From Candidatus Omnitrophota bacterium (GTDB taxonomy: Bacteria; Omnitrophota; Gorgyraeia; 2-01-FULL-45-10): DNA of 64,000 nucleotides. The stretch covers positions 9,243 through 73,242 of the forward strand of contig JBAZKH010000001.1 of assembly GCA_041650935.1 (NCBI GenBank). The letters are read 5' to 3'. Below the pieces are notes generated by a model. The model did no database searches, was not told the DNA's origin, and saw only the letters and a list, made by a program, of their open reading frames with translations. The number at the start of each line of letters is the position of its first letter. Position 1 is the first letter of the stretch. Below are positions 46,509-55,724 of the stretch, piece after piece. The position numbers and the translations under genes are program-made.

Positions 46509-48045
46509 TGACATGCACGATTCTTTAAAAAAAAGGTACTTCTATAAGCTTTCGACCAACGCCCTCGGTCTTATCCTGGGTTTTTTTAACCAGGCAATAA
46601 TACCGAGGGGTCTTGGTCCGAAGGCTTACGGGGACTTCAATTTCTTAAATAGTTTTTTTACTTTTCTCGTGGCTTTTTTCGATACCGGCACATCGACATG
46701 TTTTTATATCAAGCTTTCGCAAAGGCAAAGAGAGCCGAAGATAGTCCTGTTCTACGTCTATTTCATAGGGGCGGTACTGCTCTTTATGACGGTATTTATG
46801 ACCGTTGCGAACCTGGCGGGAGCGCGTGATAAACTCTGGCCGGGGCAGTTGACCGGATATATCTACCTGGCGGCCTTCCTGGCGATTTTGGTATGGGCGA
46901 CCACTCTGGCGATCCAGATGGCCGATGCCTACGGCCTTACGGTTTCGGTAGAGATAAAAAGGATGTTCCTGAAGATTTTTTCGCTTGCTTTGATCGCGCT
47001 GCTATTTGTGAACAATAAGCTGAACCTGCTCAATTTTTTTATATACAACTATGTCGTCTCTATCGCTTTGATAGCCCTGGTATTGGGGATAATTATAAAG
47101 CGAGGGTATCTTTTATTGGAGAGCTGGAAGCTGAAATGGGCGGAGGTCAAAAGCTATGCTTTGGAATTTTACAATTATTCTCATCCGCTTTTTGTAAGTT
47201 CGTCGGTCGGTGTCGTGATCAGCATGCTTGATATATGGCTTTTGCAGGTATGGGGCGGAAGCGTTCAGCAGGGTTTCTTCGGTCTTTCGAACCAGATAAG
47301 CAATATATGTTTCTTTTTTACGGGCGCGATGACGCCGCTTATGATGCGGGAGTTTTCGGTTGCGCATGGCGATAATGATATCAAGCGGATGGCGACGCTT
47401 TTTCGCAGGAATATACCGTTATTATTTTCGGTTACCGCCTTCATTTCGTGTTTTGCGGTCGTCAATGCCGACAAACTGACTATCATATTGGGCGGAGGTA
47501 AATTCAGGGAAGCCTATATGGCCGTTGCGATAATGTCGATCTACCCGATCCATAGGGTATATGGACAGATGACCGGATCTTTATTCTATGCTACCGGGCA
47601 GACGAAGCTTTTCAGGAACATTAGCTTATTTTTTGCCGTGATAGGCCTGCCTTTTACATACATTTTACTCGCGCCCGCGCGATTTTTTGGACTGAATATG
47701 GGCGCAGGGGGATTGGCGATAAAGACCGTCCTAATATGTATCATTGCTGTTAATGTACAGCTCTATTTCAACTCGCGATTTCTAGGTCTTTCTTTCTGGA
47801 AATACATTGCGCATCAGGCGGCAAGCGTGGGATCTTTTTTGTTTATAGCGGTGCTTATTTCATTCGGTTTAAGGTATGCAATGGGTAAAGACGTTAATAT
47901 TATTCTGGGCCTTCTGGCTTCGGGAACGGCTTATACGATAGTTGTCGGCCTCTTCGTATACTTTTATCCCAGGATCTTTGGGCTGGTAAAGACCGATATC
48001 GATAGACTTAAAGGTTTATTGCTGAGGTCGCCTGTAATAGGATAG
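46498..48045 (+). CDS. polytopic membrane protein, Wzx-like oligosaccharide flippase (MOP/polysaccharide biosynthesis family)
   Basis: About 12-14 TM helices, ~515 aa, no soluble domain, typical Wzx size. Confidence 0.55.
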   Translation: MTFDDMHDSLKKRYFYKLSTNALGLILGFFNQAIIPRGLGPKAYGDFNFLNSFFTFLVAFFDTGTSTCFYIKLSQRQREPKIVLFYVYFIGAVLLFMTVFMTVANLAGARDKLWPGQLTGYIYLAAFLAILVWATTLAIQMADAYGLTVSVEIKRMFLKIFSLALIALLFVNNKLNLLNFFIYNYVVSIALIALVLGIIIKRGYLLLESWKLKWAEVKSYALEFYNYSHPLFVSSSVGVVISMLDIWLLQVWGGSVQQGFFGLSNQISNICFFFTGAMTPLMMREFSVAHGDNDIKRMATLFRRNIPLLFSVTAFISCFAVVNADKLTIILGGGKFREAYMAVAIMSIYPIHRVYGQMTGSLFYATGQTKLFRNISLFFAVIGLPFTYILLAPARFFGLNMGAGGLAIKTVLICIIAVNVQLYFNSRFLGLSFWKYIAHQAASVGSFLFIAVLISFGLRYAMGKDVNIILGLLASGTAYTIVVGLFVYFYPRIFGLVKTDIDRLKGLLLRSPVIG

Positions 48046-48054
48046 GACTTTATC

Positions 48055-49731
48055 GTGAAAAGACCTTTAAAGAACTTGCTTGTCTCCATAGGTGCCGGTT
48101 ATCATCCTGCGGTCAGGAGCCTTCATGGCATGGTTAGAGAGATGAGTGACAGCCGGATACTTATCTTCCAGCTGGAAAAAACATCCGCTATTGGCGAGGA
48201 TCTGAGAGTAGATTGTTCAGTATCGTATAAGGATTTCCCCGGGGCATTCAAACTTTTTGAAGAATGGATTCTCAAGAACCGGTTCGAGCTTATAGGGATA
48301 AGCTTTATGTCTCATCACCGGGATATCTTTGTCGAGATGACGAGAATTATAAGGAAAGCGCTCCCCGGGTGTAAGATCATAGCCGGTGGCGTGCACGCAT
48401 GGTTGATAGATCCCGACAGGACTATCGAACATTGCGATTACGTCTGCGCGGGAGAGGGGGAGGAACTTTATAAAAATTTGCTGGAATCTCTTTCCGGCCC
48501 GGAAACCGGGCGCCCGCTGAGGCTGCCGGGATTGATGGAAAAATATGACGGGAATGTTATCCGTACACCTGTGAAAGAATATATGCCGATCGACGATCTC
48601 CCGGTTCCGACGATGGGCTCGGAGTATATCCATTACCTGTATTCAAAGGGCGATATTATTACTTTTAAGCAAGAGGATCCGCAGTTGAGCAATACATTCA
48701 GCTGCGTCCATATCGGCAGAGGGTGCCCGTTTAAGTGCACGTATTGCATAAACAGTCTCTTCCCCGAAAGGCGAAAAGTGCGCGTGAGGTCTGTTAATAA
48801 GGTCATAAGCGAGATAAAGAGGCTCCTGGGATTCAGGAAATTTGAGGCGTTTATATTTATGGATGAAATTTTTCCGTTGCAAGCGAGCTGGCTGGAAGAA
48901 TTCGCCGCGGCATACAAAAAAGAAGTGGGCGTTCCATTTGTCATTACGCTGTATCCCGGCATGTTGACCTATGAAAAAACAAAGCTCCTTAAAGAAGCGG
49001 GACTTAAAGAGGTTTCTATCGGTATCCAGAGCGGTTCGGAAAATATAAGGAAGAATGTTTACGAAAGGAGCGGTACTAATTCCAGGATACTCGAAGAAAA
49101 CGAGATGCTTTCAAAACTAGGGATAATGACATATTATGATTTTATAATTAAAAACCCATTTGAAAAAGAGGCCGACTACCGGGATAGTCTTGAGCTGGTA
49201 AGCAGCCTGAAGAGGCCGTTCTATCTGAAGTTTCATACGCTTGCTTATTATCCTAGGCATCCGATAACGGATATGGCTTTGGGCCATAAACTTATCGATG
49301 AGGGAGATATCAGCGCTACCATAGGGTATCTCGATGTCAATACACCTCATAAAGTAGCGATAGTGGATCATTACCCAGTGGAAAGAAATCTTCTCTTCTG
49401 GAATGCCAAGCTTAGGAAAGAGATGAGTTGCGGGCACACGGACTCTTCCTACTGGTTATTGGCATCTTATTATGGGTATTGGTATATGCCGAAATTTATT
49501 CTGGAAGCTGTCAAGAGGCAGTATTTAAAGGGCGGTAGGCGGGCCTTGAACATACTTTCCTCGATAGTCCAGTTTACGCTTGTAATCCGCAATAATATAT
49601 TTAGCAAGAAAGTCAATATTGCAGTTTGCATGTATAAGCAAAGAGGCCCGGTATTCGTGATGGACGAGATAAGGATGAAGATATTGCGGAGCATAAAACA
49701 GGGGCGTTATGGCAAAAAAACAAATTGTTAA
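48055..49731 (+). CDS. cobalamin-binding (class B) radical SAM enzyme #5
   Basis: GTG start. B12-binding N-domain (..IIAGGVHAW..), GRGCPFKCTYCIN. 558 aa. Confidence 0.7.
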   Translation: MKRPLKNLLVSIGAGYHPAVRSLHGMVREMSDSRILIFQLEKTSAIGEDLRVDCSVSYKDFPGAFKLFEEWILKNRFELIGISFMSHHRDIFVEMTRIIRKALPGCKIIAGGVHAWLIDPDRTIEHCDYVCAGEGEELYKNLLESLSGPETGRPLRLPGLMEKYDGNVIRTPVKEYMPIDDLPVPTMGSEYIHYLYSKGDIITFKQEDPQLSNTFSCVHIGRGCPFKCTYCINSLFPERRKVRVRSVNKVISEIKRLLGFRKFEAFIFMDEIFPLQASWLEEFAAAYKKEVGVPFVITLYPGMLTYEKTKLLKEAGLKEVSIGIQSGSENIRKNVYERSGTNSRILEENEMLSKLGIMTYYDFIIKNPFEKEADYRDSLELVSSLKRPFYLKFHTLAYYPRHPITDMALGHKLIDEGDISATIGYLDVNTPHKVAIVDHYPVERNLLFWNAKLRKEMSCGHTDSSYWLLASYYGYWYMPKFILEAVKRQYLKGGRRALNILSSIVQFTLVIRNNIFSKKVNIAVCMYKQRGPVFVMDEIRMKILRSIKQGRYGKKTNC

Positions 49732-50836
49732 ATTCGCGATAATAGGCTGCGGCAGGATTTCGTACCGGCATATCGAGGCCATAAAGGCGAACGCCGGCGC
49801 CGAATTGATAGCGTTGTGTGACCTTAACGTGGATAAGGCTATCGAGAGGAATGCGGCGGCCGGGGTAAAGGTCTACCGGGATTATAACGAGATGCTTCAG
49901 AAAGAGGCGATAGATGTCGTCTGTATTATGACACCCAGCGGGATGCATGCCGAACACGCCATCGATATAATAAAAAAATACAAAAAACACATTGTGGTGG
50001 AAAAGCCGATGTCTTTAACGGTTGCAGGCGGCGTGAAACTTATAAAAACAGCCAAAGCCGGCGGTGTTAAATTATTTGTAGTCCATCAGAACCGTTTTAA
50101 CAGGGCCGTGCAGAAGGTAAAGACGGCTATAGATGATAACGCTTTCGGCAAAATAACTCTAGGCACGGTCAGGATCCGCTGGTCGCGGGGCCAGAAATAT
50201 TACGACCGTGATCCGTGGCGCGGCACATGGGCGCTCGATGGAGGCGTCCTTACGAACCAGGCAATTCACCATATCGATCTTTTGCAGTGGCTTGCCGGCG
50301 GGATCGACAGCGTCTCTGCCATAGGCGCTACTCAGCTCGTCGATGTCGAGGTGGAAGATACGGCATGCGCGTGGCTTAAATTCAAAAATGGCGCGTTGGG
50401 TATTATCGAAGCGACTACAACAGCAAGGCCCATAGACAAAGATCTGGAGGCATCTATATCGATCCTGGGAGCCAAAGGCGCGGTGATCGTCGAAGGCGCT
50501 TCCGTAAACCGCCTGACTACGTGGACCTTTGGCGATATAGACCTGAAAGAGTATTCCGAAAACCCGCCGAACGTCTATGGCTACGGGCATAATAACATAA
50601 TCGATAATGTCGTGGAGGTATTGACGAAAGGCGGTGAGCCGCTGGTAAGAGGAGAAGCAGCCCTCGATTCGATAAAGTTGCTGCATGCGCTATACAGGTC
50701 TATGGAACTGGGCGGCAAAGAGGTCAATCTGAGCGATAACCCCGTTTCGGCGAAGCTCGGTCTTTTCGATAAGACCAGCGAGCCCATAGTGAATCTGTAT
50801 AGGACGGATATGGTCCTCGAGGTAAAGAGAGCATGA
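49709..50836 (+). CDS. Gfo/Idh/MocA-family NAD(P)-dependent oxidoreductase (WbpB/WlbA-like sugar 3-dehydrogenase family)
   Basis: KFAIIGCGRISYRHIEA... N-terminal Rossmann plus the MocA C-domain. 375 aa. Confidence 0.7.
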   Translation: MAKKQIVKFAIIGCGRISYRHIEAIKANAGAELIALCDLNVDKAIERNAAAGVKVYRDYNEMLQKEAIDVVCIMTPSGMHAEHAIDIIKKYKKHIVVEKPMSLTVAGGVKLIKTAKAGGVKLFVVHQNRFNRAVQKVKTAIDDNAFGKITLGTVRIRWSRGQKYYDRDPWRGTWALDGGVLTNQAIHHIDLLQWLAGGIDSVSAIGATQLVDVEVEDTACAWLKFKNGALGIIEATTTARPIDKDLEASISILGAKGAVIVEGASVNRLTTWTFGDIDLKEYSENPPNVYGYGHNNIIDNVVEVLTKGGEPLVRGEAALDSIKLLHALYRSMELGGKEVNLSDNPVSAKLGLFDKTSEPIVNLYRTDMVLEVKRA

Positions 50837-51795
50837 AAAAATACATCGTAACGGGCGGAGCGGGATTCATAGGTTCGAACCTTACCGCGAGGCTTTTAAA
50901 AGACGGCGCAAAAGTCTATGTTATAGACGATCTGTCGACAGGTTTTAAAAGGAATGTGCCTAGGGGCGCCGAATTTTTTAAAGCGGACATAAGTAATTTT
51001 CGCGAACTGAAGGATCTTGATATCCCTGGAAACATAGATGCGGTCTTTCATCTTGCGGCCCAGACATCCGGCGAGGCCTCTTTTGACGACCCTGCAAGGG
51101 ATGTGGAGGTAAACCATAAAGGCACTTACAATGTATTGAAACTTGCGCAGGCCAAAGGATGCGGGAAATTCATATATACAAGCTCTATGAGCGTCTATGG
51201 CGAAGTAAAAAAGACCTCCGGCAAGGTTAGCGAGGGCGACGAATGCCGTCCGGTATCTTATTACGGATGTAATAAGCTTGCGTCCGAAAAACTGATAGAA
51301 GTATTTGCGAAAAATACGGGAATGAAAACGGTTGTGTTAAGGCTCTTTAACGTATATGGTCCCGGGCAGAATATGCTGAATATGAAGCAGGGTATGGTGA
51401 GCATATATATGTCCTATCTCCTTAATAGCAGGCCGGTGCACGTGAAGGGCGGCCTGGACAGGTTCAGGGATATCGTCTATATAGACGATGTAATCGATGC
51501 CCTTATGCTATGTGAAAGTAACCGTAAACTTTGCGGGGAAATTCTTAATATCGGGACCGGCAGGCGGACGACTGTCCGCCGGTTGCTCGAAGTCATGCTG
51601 AAAGCCTATGGGCGAAAGGATTTTCCCGCTTGGGTACGCTGCAGCGGCAATACGCCCGGAGATGTAAAAGGATGTTTTGCGGACACAAAAAAGACGGTCA
51701 GGCTTCTTGGGTGGGAGCCAAAATACGATCTAAAAGAAGGTGTATGCCGTATGAAGACATGGGCCGAGGGGACGATAAGATGGTGGCAAAGATAA
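50833..51795 (+). CDS. NAD-dependent epimerase/dehydratase (SDR)
   Basis: [23 protein letters not shown]. 320 aa. Confidence 0.75.
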   Translation: MKKYIVTGGAGFIGSNLTARLLKDGAKVYVIDDLSTGFKRNVPRGAEFFKADISNFRELKDLDIPGNIDAVFHLAAQTSGEASFDDPARDVEVNHKGTYNVLKLAQAKGCGKFIYTSSMSVYGEVKKTSGKVSEGDECRPVSYYGCNKLASEKLIEVFAKNTGMKTVVLRLFNVYGPGQNMLNMKQGMVSIYMSYLLNSRPVHVKGGLDRFRDIVYIDDVIDALMLCESNRKLCGEILNIGTGRRTTVRRLLEVMLKAYGRKDFPAWVRCSGNTPGDVKGCFADTKKTVRLLGWEPKYDLKEGVCRMKTWAEGTIRWWQR

Positions 51796-52691
51796 TGAAC
51801 GTTTGTAATGTTGTATGTAATCTATGCGGCTCCAGGAATTACGGTGAGATCAAAAAGGGCGTATACGGCAACGCCGCGCAGAATATCTACAAATGCGGCG
51901 CCTGCGGCCATTTCTTCCTCGGGCCGCTTCTGGACGATGCCGAAGAGGAGAGGTTTTACATAGAAGACTATCCGGCGTTCCTTCTGAAGAGGGGTGATTT
52001 TAAAAATACTACGCCGGAGGACCATTTCATCAAGAATGAAAAAGAAGCCCGGCGCAGATTCGGGCTGATCAAGTACCTGCTGGCGAAAGGGCAGAGCGTC
52101 CTCGAAATAGGTTCGGCAAGCGGTTTTTTCTTAAGCAAGATAAAACCCCGCGTGGAAGAAGTCTTCGGGATCGAACCCAATACGGCTTACAGGGAGTATG
52201 CCAATAAAAAAGGTATACCGACCTGCCCGGATATAAAAGAATTGGGTCATAGGAAGTTCGATATTATATTTCTGTATTATGTGCTTGAACATATAAAGGA
52301 CCCGAACGGGTTTTTAAAGCACGTTAAGCATTTTTTAAAGAGTTCAAAGTCCAGGATCGTTATAGAGGTGCCGAATGTCGACGAAGCGCTTGTGTCGTTA
52401 TACCATTCTCCGGCATATAACGAATTTGTCTGGCAGAGGGCCCACTGCAGTTATTTTTCTGCGCTCACCATGGAAAAGTTATTTAAAAGGTCCGGGCTAA
52501 AGGCTAAGTTTATACCCGAGCAGAGATATGATATTTCGAACCACATATATTGGCTCGCAGAGTGCAAACCGGGCGGCGCCGGCAAGTATGCGCATATATT
52601 TTCCGGGGCCCTGAATAGAAAATATGCCGATGATTTGAAGGACAAATGGCTATGCGATACTATTTTGGCCGTCGCGCAGCCTACACGATAA
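51795..52691 (+). CDS. zinc-ribbon-containing class I SAM-dependent methyltransferase (resembles NDP-sugar C-/O-methyltransferases)
   Basis: CNLCGS...CGACGH N-terminal CxxC pairs, then VLEIGSASGFF motif I. Start chosen at ATG 51795 (TAATG overlap). The longer track ORF from 51630 overlaps the upstream SDR. Confidence 0.5.
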   Translation: MNVCNVVCNLCGSRNYGEIKKGVYGNAAQNIYKCGACGHFFLGPLLDDAEEERFYIEDYPAFLLKRGDFKNTTPEDHFIKNEKEARRRFGLIKYLLAKGQSVLEIGSASGFFLSKIKPRVEEVFGIEPNTAYREYANKKGIPTCPDIKELGHRKFDIIFLYYVLEHIKDPNGFLKHVKHFLKSSKSRIVIEVPNVDEALVSLYHSPAYNEFVWQRAHCSYFSALTMEKLFKRSGLKAKFIPEQRYDISNHIYWLAECKPGGAGKYAHIFSGALNRKYADDLKDKWLCDTILAVAQPTR

Positions 52692-52704
52692 AGGAGGTTT
52701 TTAG

Positions 52705-54207
52705 ATGAAAGTATTACTGGTATATCCCAATATGCATGGCATGAATATGCTGCCGTCGGCTATCGCGCTCTTTAGCAGCATACTGAAAGCGCAAGGCCAT
52801 AAAATCGATCTCTTCGATTCCACCAACTGGATGATCCCCGGAGAAGAAGATTTCGACAGCGATAAGGTCAAAGAGCGAAATCTCAACGTCAGGCCTTTCG
52901 ACGATTCGAAACTAAGATCGGAGATGAGACAGACGAACCTCTTCGACGATTTTAAGAAAAAAGTTGCCGGCTTCAATCCCGACCTTATGGCCGTTTCGGT
53001 GAGCGAGGACATATTTCCTATAGGCATCAGATTGCTCGAAACGGTCCGCAGTTTGAATATCCCCACGATCATGGGCGGCGTCTTCCCGACATTTGCGCCT
53101 GAACTTTGTCTTTCGTATGAAGATGTGGACATGGTATGCGTCGGGGAAGGCGAGAGGGCTATCGTGGAACTTTGCGCTAAGATGGAACGGGGAGAACCGT
53201 TCGATAACATAAATAATATATGGGTGAAATCGAACGGCTCGATAAAGAAGAATCCGATGGGCCCGTTAAATAATATGGATGAGAATCCACAGCTCGACCT
53301 GAGCCTCTTCGACAGCTCCCGCCTCTACAGGCCCATGCAGGGAAAAGTCTGGAAAATGGTGCCCGTCGAAACGCACAGGGGCTGTCCTTACCAATGCGCG
53401 TATTGCAACTCTCCGGCGCAGGCCGAACTTTACAGGCGCGAGACCGGCGGTAAGTATTTCAGGAAGAAATCCTTTGCCGCGGTCAGAAAGGATCTGCTCT
53501 ATTTCAGGGACGTTATCAAGGCCGAAGCGTTCTACTTCTGGGCCGATACGTTCATGACCTACAATGATTCCGAGTTTGAGGAGTTTATCGAACTCTATTC
53601 CGATATTAAACTGCCGTTCTGGTGCCAGGCGTTCCCGGAGACCATCAAAGAGGAGAGGATACGGCGGCTCATGAGTGTCGGCCTCTTCAGGCTCAGCAGC
53701 GGCGTCGAACATGGAAACGCGGATTTCAGGGTCAGGGTGCTAAGGCGCCGCGTAAAAAACGATGTAATGATAGAGCATTTTAAAATCCTTAATAAGTGCG
53801 GCCTCCCCTTCAGCGTCAATAACATCATGGGATTCCCGACGGAAACGCGAAAACTTGCGATGGAGACAGTGGAGGTCAACCGTTCCATAGATTCCGACGG
53901 CACGAATGCCTATACCTTTAGCCCGTTTCACGGCACACCGCTGCGGGCAATGTCCGAAAAGCTGGGATATATCGATTCCAAAACGATCGCCAGGTCCGCG
54001 ACCAAACAGAGCCTCTTGCGCATGCCGCAATTTACTCCCGCGGCTATCGAGGGCGTTAGAAGATGCTTTGTGCTTTACGTGAGGATGCCCAAAGATAAAT
54101 GGCCGGATATTGAGCGCGCGGAGAAACTGACGCCGGAGGGCGATAAGATATGGGCGGAGTTAAGGGACGAATGCGCGGAAAAGTATATGAGTTTCTCGGC
54201 CGGATAG
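52705..54207 (+). CDS. cobalamin-binding (class B) radical SAM enzyme #6
   Basis: MKVLLVYPNM..., HRGCPYQCAYCNS. 500 aa. Confidence 0.75.
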   Translation: MKVLLVYPNMHGMNMLPSAIALFSSILKAQGHKIDLFDSTNWMIPGEEDFDSDKVKERNLNVRPFDDSKLRSEMRQTNLFDDFKKKVAGFNPDLMAVSVSEDIFPIGIRLLETVRSLNIPTIMGGVFPTFAPELCLSYEDVDMVCVGEGERAIVELCAKMERGEPFDNINNIWVKSNGSIKKNPMGPLNNMDENPQLDLSLFDSSRLYRPMQGKVWKMVPVETHRGCPYQCAYCNSPAQAELYRRETGGKYFRKKSFAAVRKDLLYFRDVIKAEAFYFWADTFMTYNDSEFEEFIELYSDIKLPFWCQAFPETIKEERIRRLMSVGLFRLSSGVEHGNADFRVRVLRRRVKNDVMIEHFKILNKCGLPFSVNNIMGFPTETRKLAMETVEVNRSIDSDGTNAYTFSPFHGTPLRAMSEKLGYIDSKTIARSATKQSLLRMPQFTPAAIEGVRRCFVLYVRMPKDKWPDIERAEKLTPEGDKIWAELRDECAEKYMSFSAG

Positions 54208-54233
54208 AGCTCGTTCAAATGCAGGAGGAATAG

Positions 54234-55721
54234 ATGAAGGTTTTATTGGTTTACTGCAATACTATGCTGGAAAATGCGATACCCATTTCGGTTTCGCAGT
54301 TATCCGCGTGTTTAAAAAAAGCCGGCATAGACGTCGAACTGTTCGACACCACATTCTACCGCCATGGCGGGAAGAGCGCCATGGAAACACGTATATATGC
54401 CCTGCAGATAGCGCCATGTCCGCTTAACTTTACAGAGGGGGATATGGAGGCCGATTTTGTAAAGCGGATAAATGAGTATCAACCCGACCTGATAGGGCTT
54501 TCGGTGGTTGAACCGACATTCAACCTGGCCGGCAGGCTTTTAAAATGCGCAAAAGAGGTGATAGGGCGGGAAAAGATAAAGGTGGCGGTGGGAGGGGTCC
54601 ACACCATACTTGCTCCCCAGACCATGTTGAAGGCGGAGCCCGTAGATTATATCTCGATCAGCGAAGGCGAGATCGCTTTCGTAGAACTCTGCCGCAGGAT
54701 AAAGAAGGGTCAGGAGACTAAAGATACGCCGGGTTTCTGGGTAAAAGACGGCGATCGATGGATAAAAAATCCGCCGGCTCCGCTTGTCGATATAAATGCC
54801 CTGCCGGGCCTCGACCTGTCTATATTCTCGGAATCATACCTTAATAAGCCTATTATGGGCAGGCTCTACAGGACGATCTCGATAGAGACTACGAGGGGAT
54901 GTCCTTACCATTGCTCGTATTGCGCCGACCAGTCGCTTACCGAACTCTTCAGGTCTTCCGGCAGATGGTACCGCCAGAAGACGATGGAGCGCGTAGAGGC
55001 CGAGCTTAAAGAATCCGTTGCGGCTTACAACCCGGAATTCCTGTATATAATGTCGGAATCGTTCCTTTCCGGGAGCGTGGAGCGCGTAAAAGCCTTTGCC
55101 GATAGCTACCGCGCTTTTTCCACGCCGTTCTGGTTCAATACCAGGCCGGAGGACATTACGAGCGAAAAGGTGAAGATCATCAAGGATATCGGCTGTAAAA
55201 GGATAAGCATAGGCCTGGAGCACGGCAACGAAGAGTACAGAAAAAAATATTTCTATCGCAACTATTCCAACGAGACATTTAAAAAGGCGTGCCGGGTGTT
55301 GAGAGAATACGAGATACCGTTCTCCGTCAATGTTATCCTGGGCGCGCCTTATGACACAAGGCCAATGGTCTTTGAGGCCATCGACCTCTTGCGCGAAACA
55401 AAACCGGACGGCGTAAGCACGTGCATCTTCAACCCTTATTACGGGTCGCACTTAAGAAAAGTATGCCTGCAGGAGAATATGATCGCGCCGGACCTTATAG
55501 CCGCCGATGTCTTCCAGTTCGAATATTGCCTTACAAACAACACTATTTCGAAAGATGCGGTCTTCGGGCTCTTCAGAACTATACCGCTTTATATGGAAAT
55601 GGGCCGGGGTGAAGAATCACGCATAGCGGCGGCGGAGAAACTTGACGACCATGGCAACAAAGTCTTCGAGGAGCTGAGAAAAGAATTTTATAAGATCAAA
55701 GGATGGCAGGATAACGGATAA
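54234..55721 (+). CDS. cobalamin-binding (class B) radical SAM enzyme #7 (cassette A)
   Basis: MKVLLVYCNTMLENAIPISVSQLSACLKKAG..., TRGCPYHCSYCAD. 495 aa. Close paralogue of 57734-59227. Confidence 0.75.
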   Translation: MKVLLVYCNTMLENAIPISVSQLSACLKKAGIDVELFDTTFYRHGGKSAMETRIYALQIAPCPLNFTEGDMEADFVKRINEYQPDLIGLSVVEPTFNLAGRLLKCAKEVIGREKIKVAVGGVHTILAPQTMLKAEPVDYISISEGEIAFVELCRRIKKGQETKDTPGFWVKDGDRWIKNPPAPLVDINALPGLDLSIFSESYLNKPIMGRLYRTISIETTRGCPYHCSYCADQSLTELFRSSGRWYRQKTMERVEAELKESVAAYNPEFLYIMSESFLSGSVERVKAFADSYRAFSTPFWFNTRPEDITSEKVKIIKDIGCKRISIGLEHGNEEYRKKYFYRNYSNETFKKACRVLREYEIPFSVNVILGAPYDTRPMVFEAIDLLRETKPDGVSTCIFNPYYGSHLRKVCLQENMIAPDLIAADVFQFEYCLTNNTISKDAVFGLFRTIPLYMEMGRGEESRIAAAEKLDDHGNKVFEELRKEFYKIKGWQDNG

Positions 55722-55724
55722 AAA

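Noticed and set aside
51630-51794. Upstream extension of the zinc-ribbon methyltransferase ORF (MGTLQRQYARRCKRMFCGHKK...)
   Set aside because: It overlaps the SDR gene and is Arg/Lys/Cys-rich and non-protein-like. ATG 51795 overlaps the SDR stop by one base.
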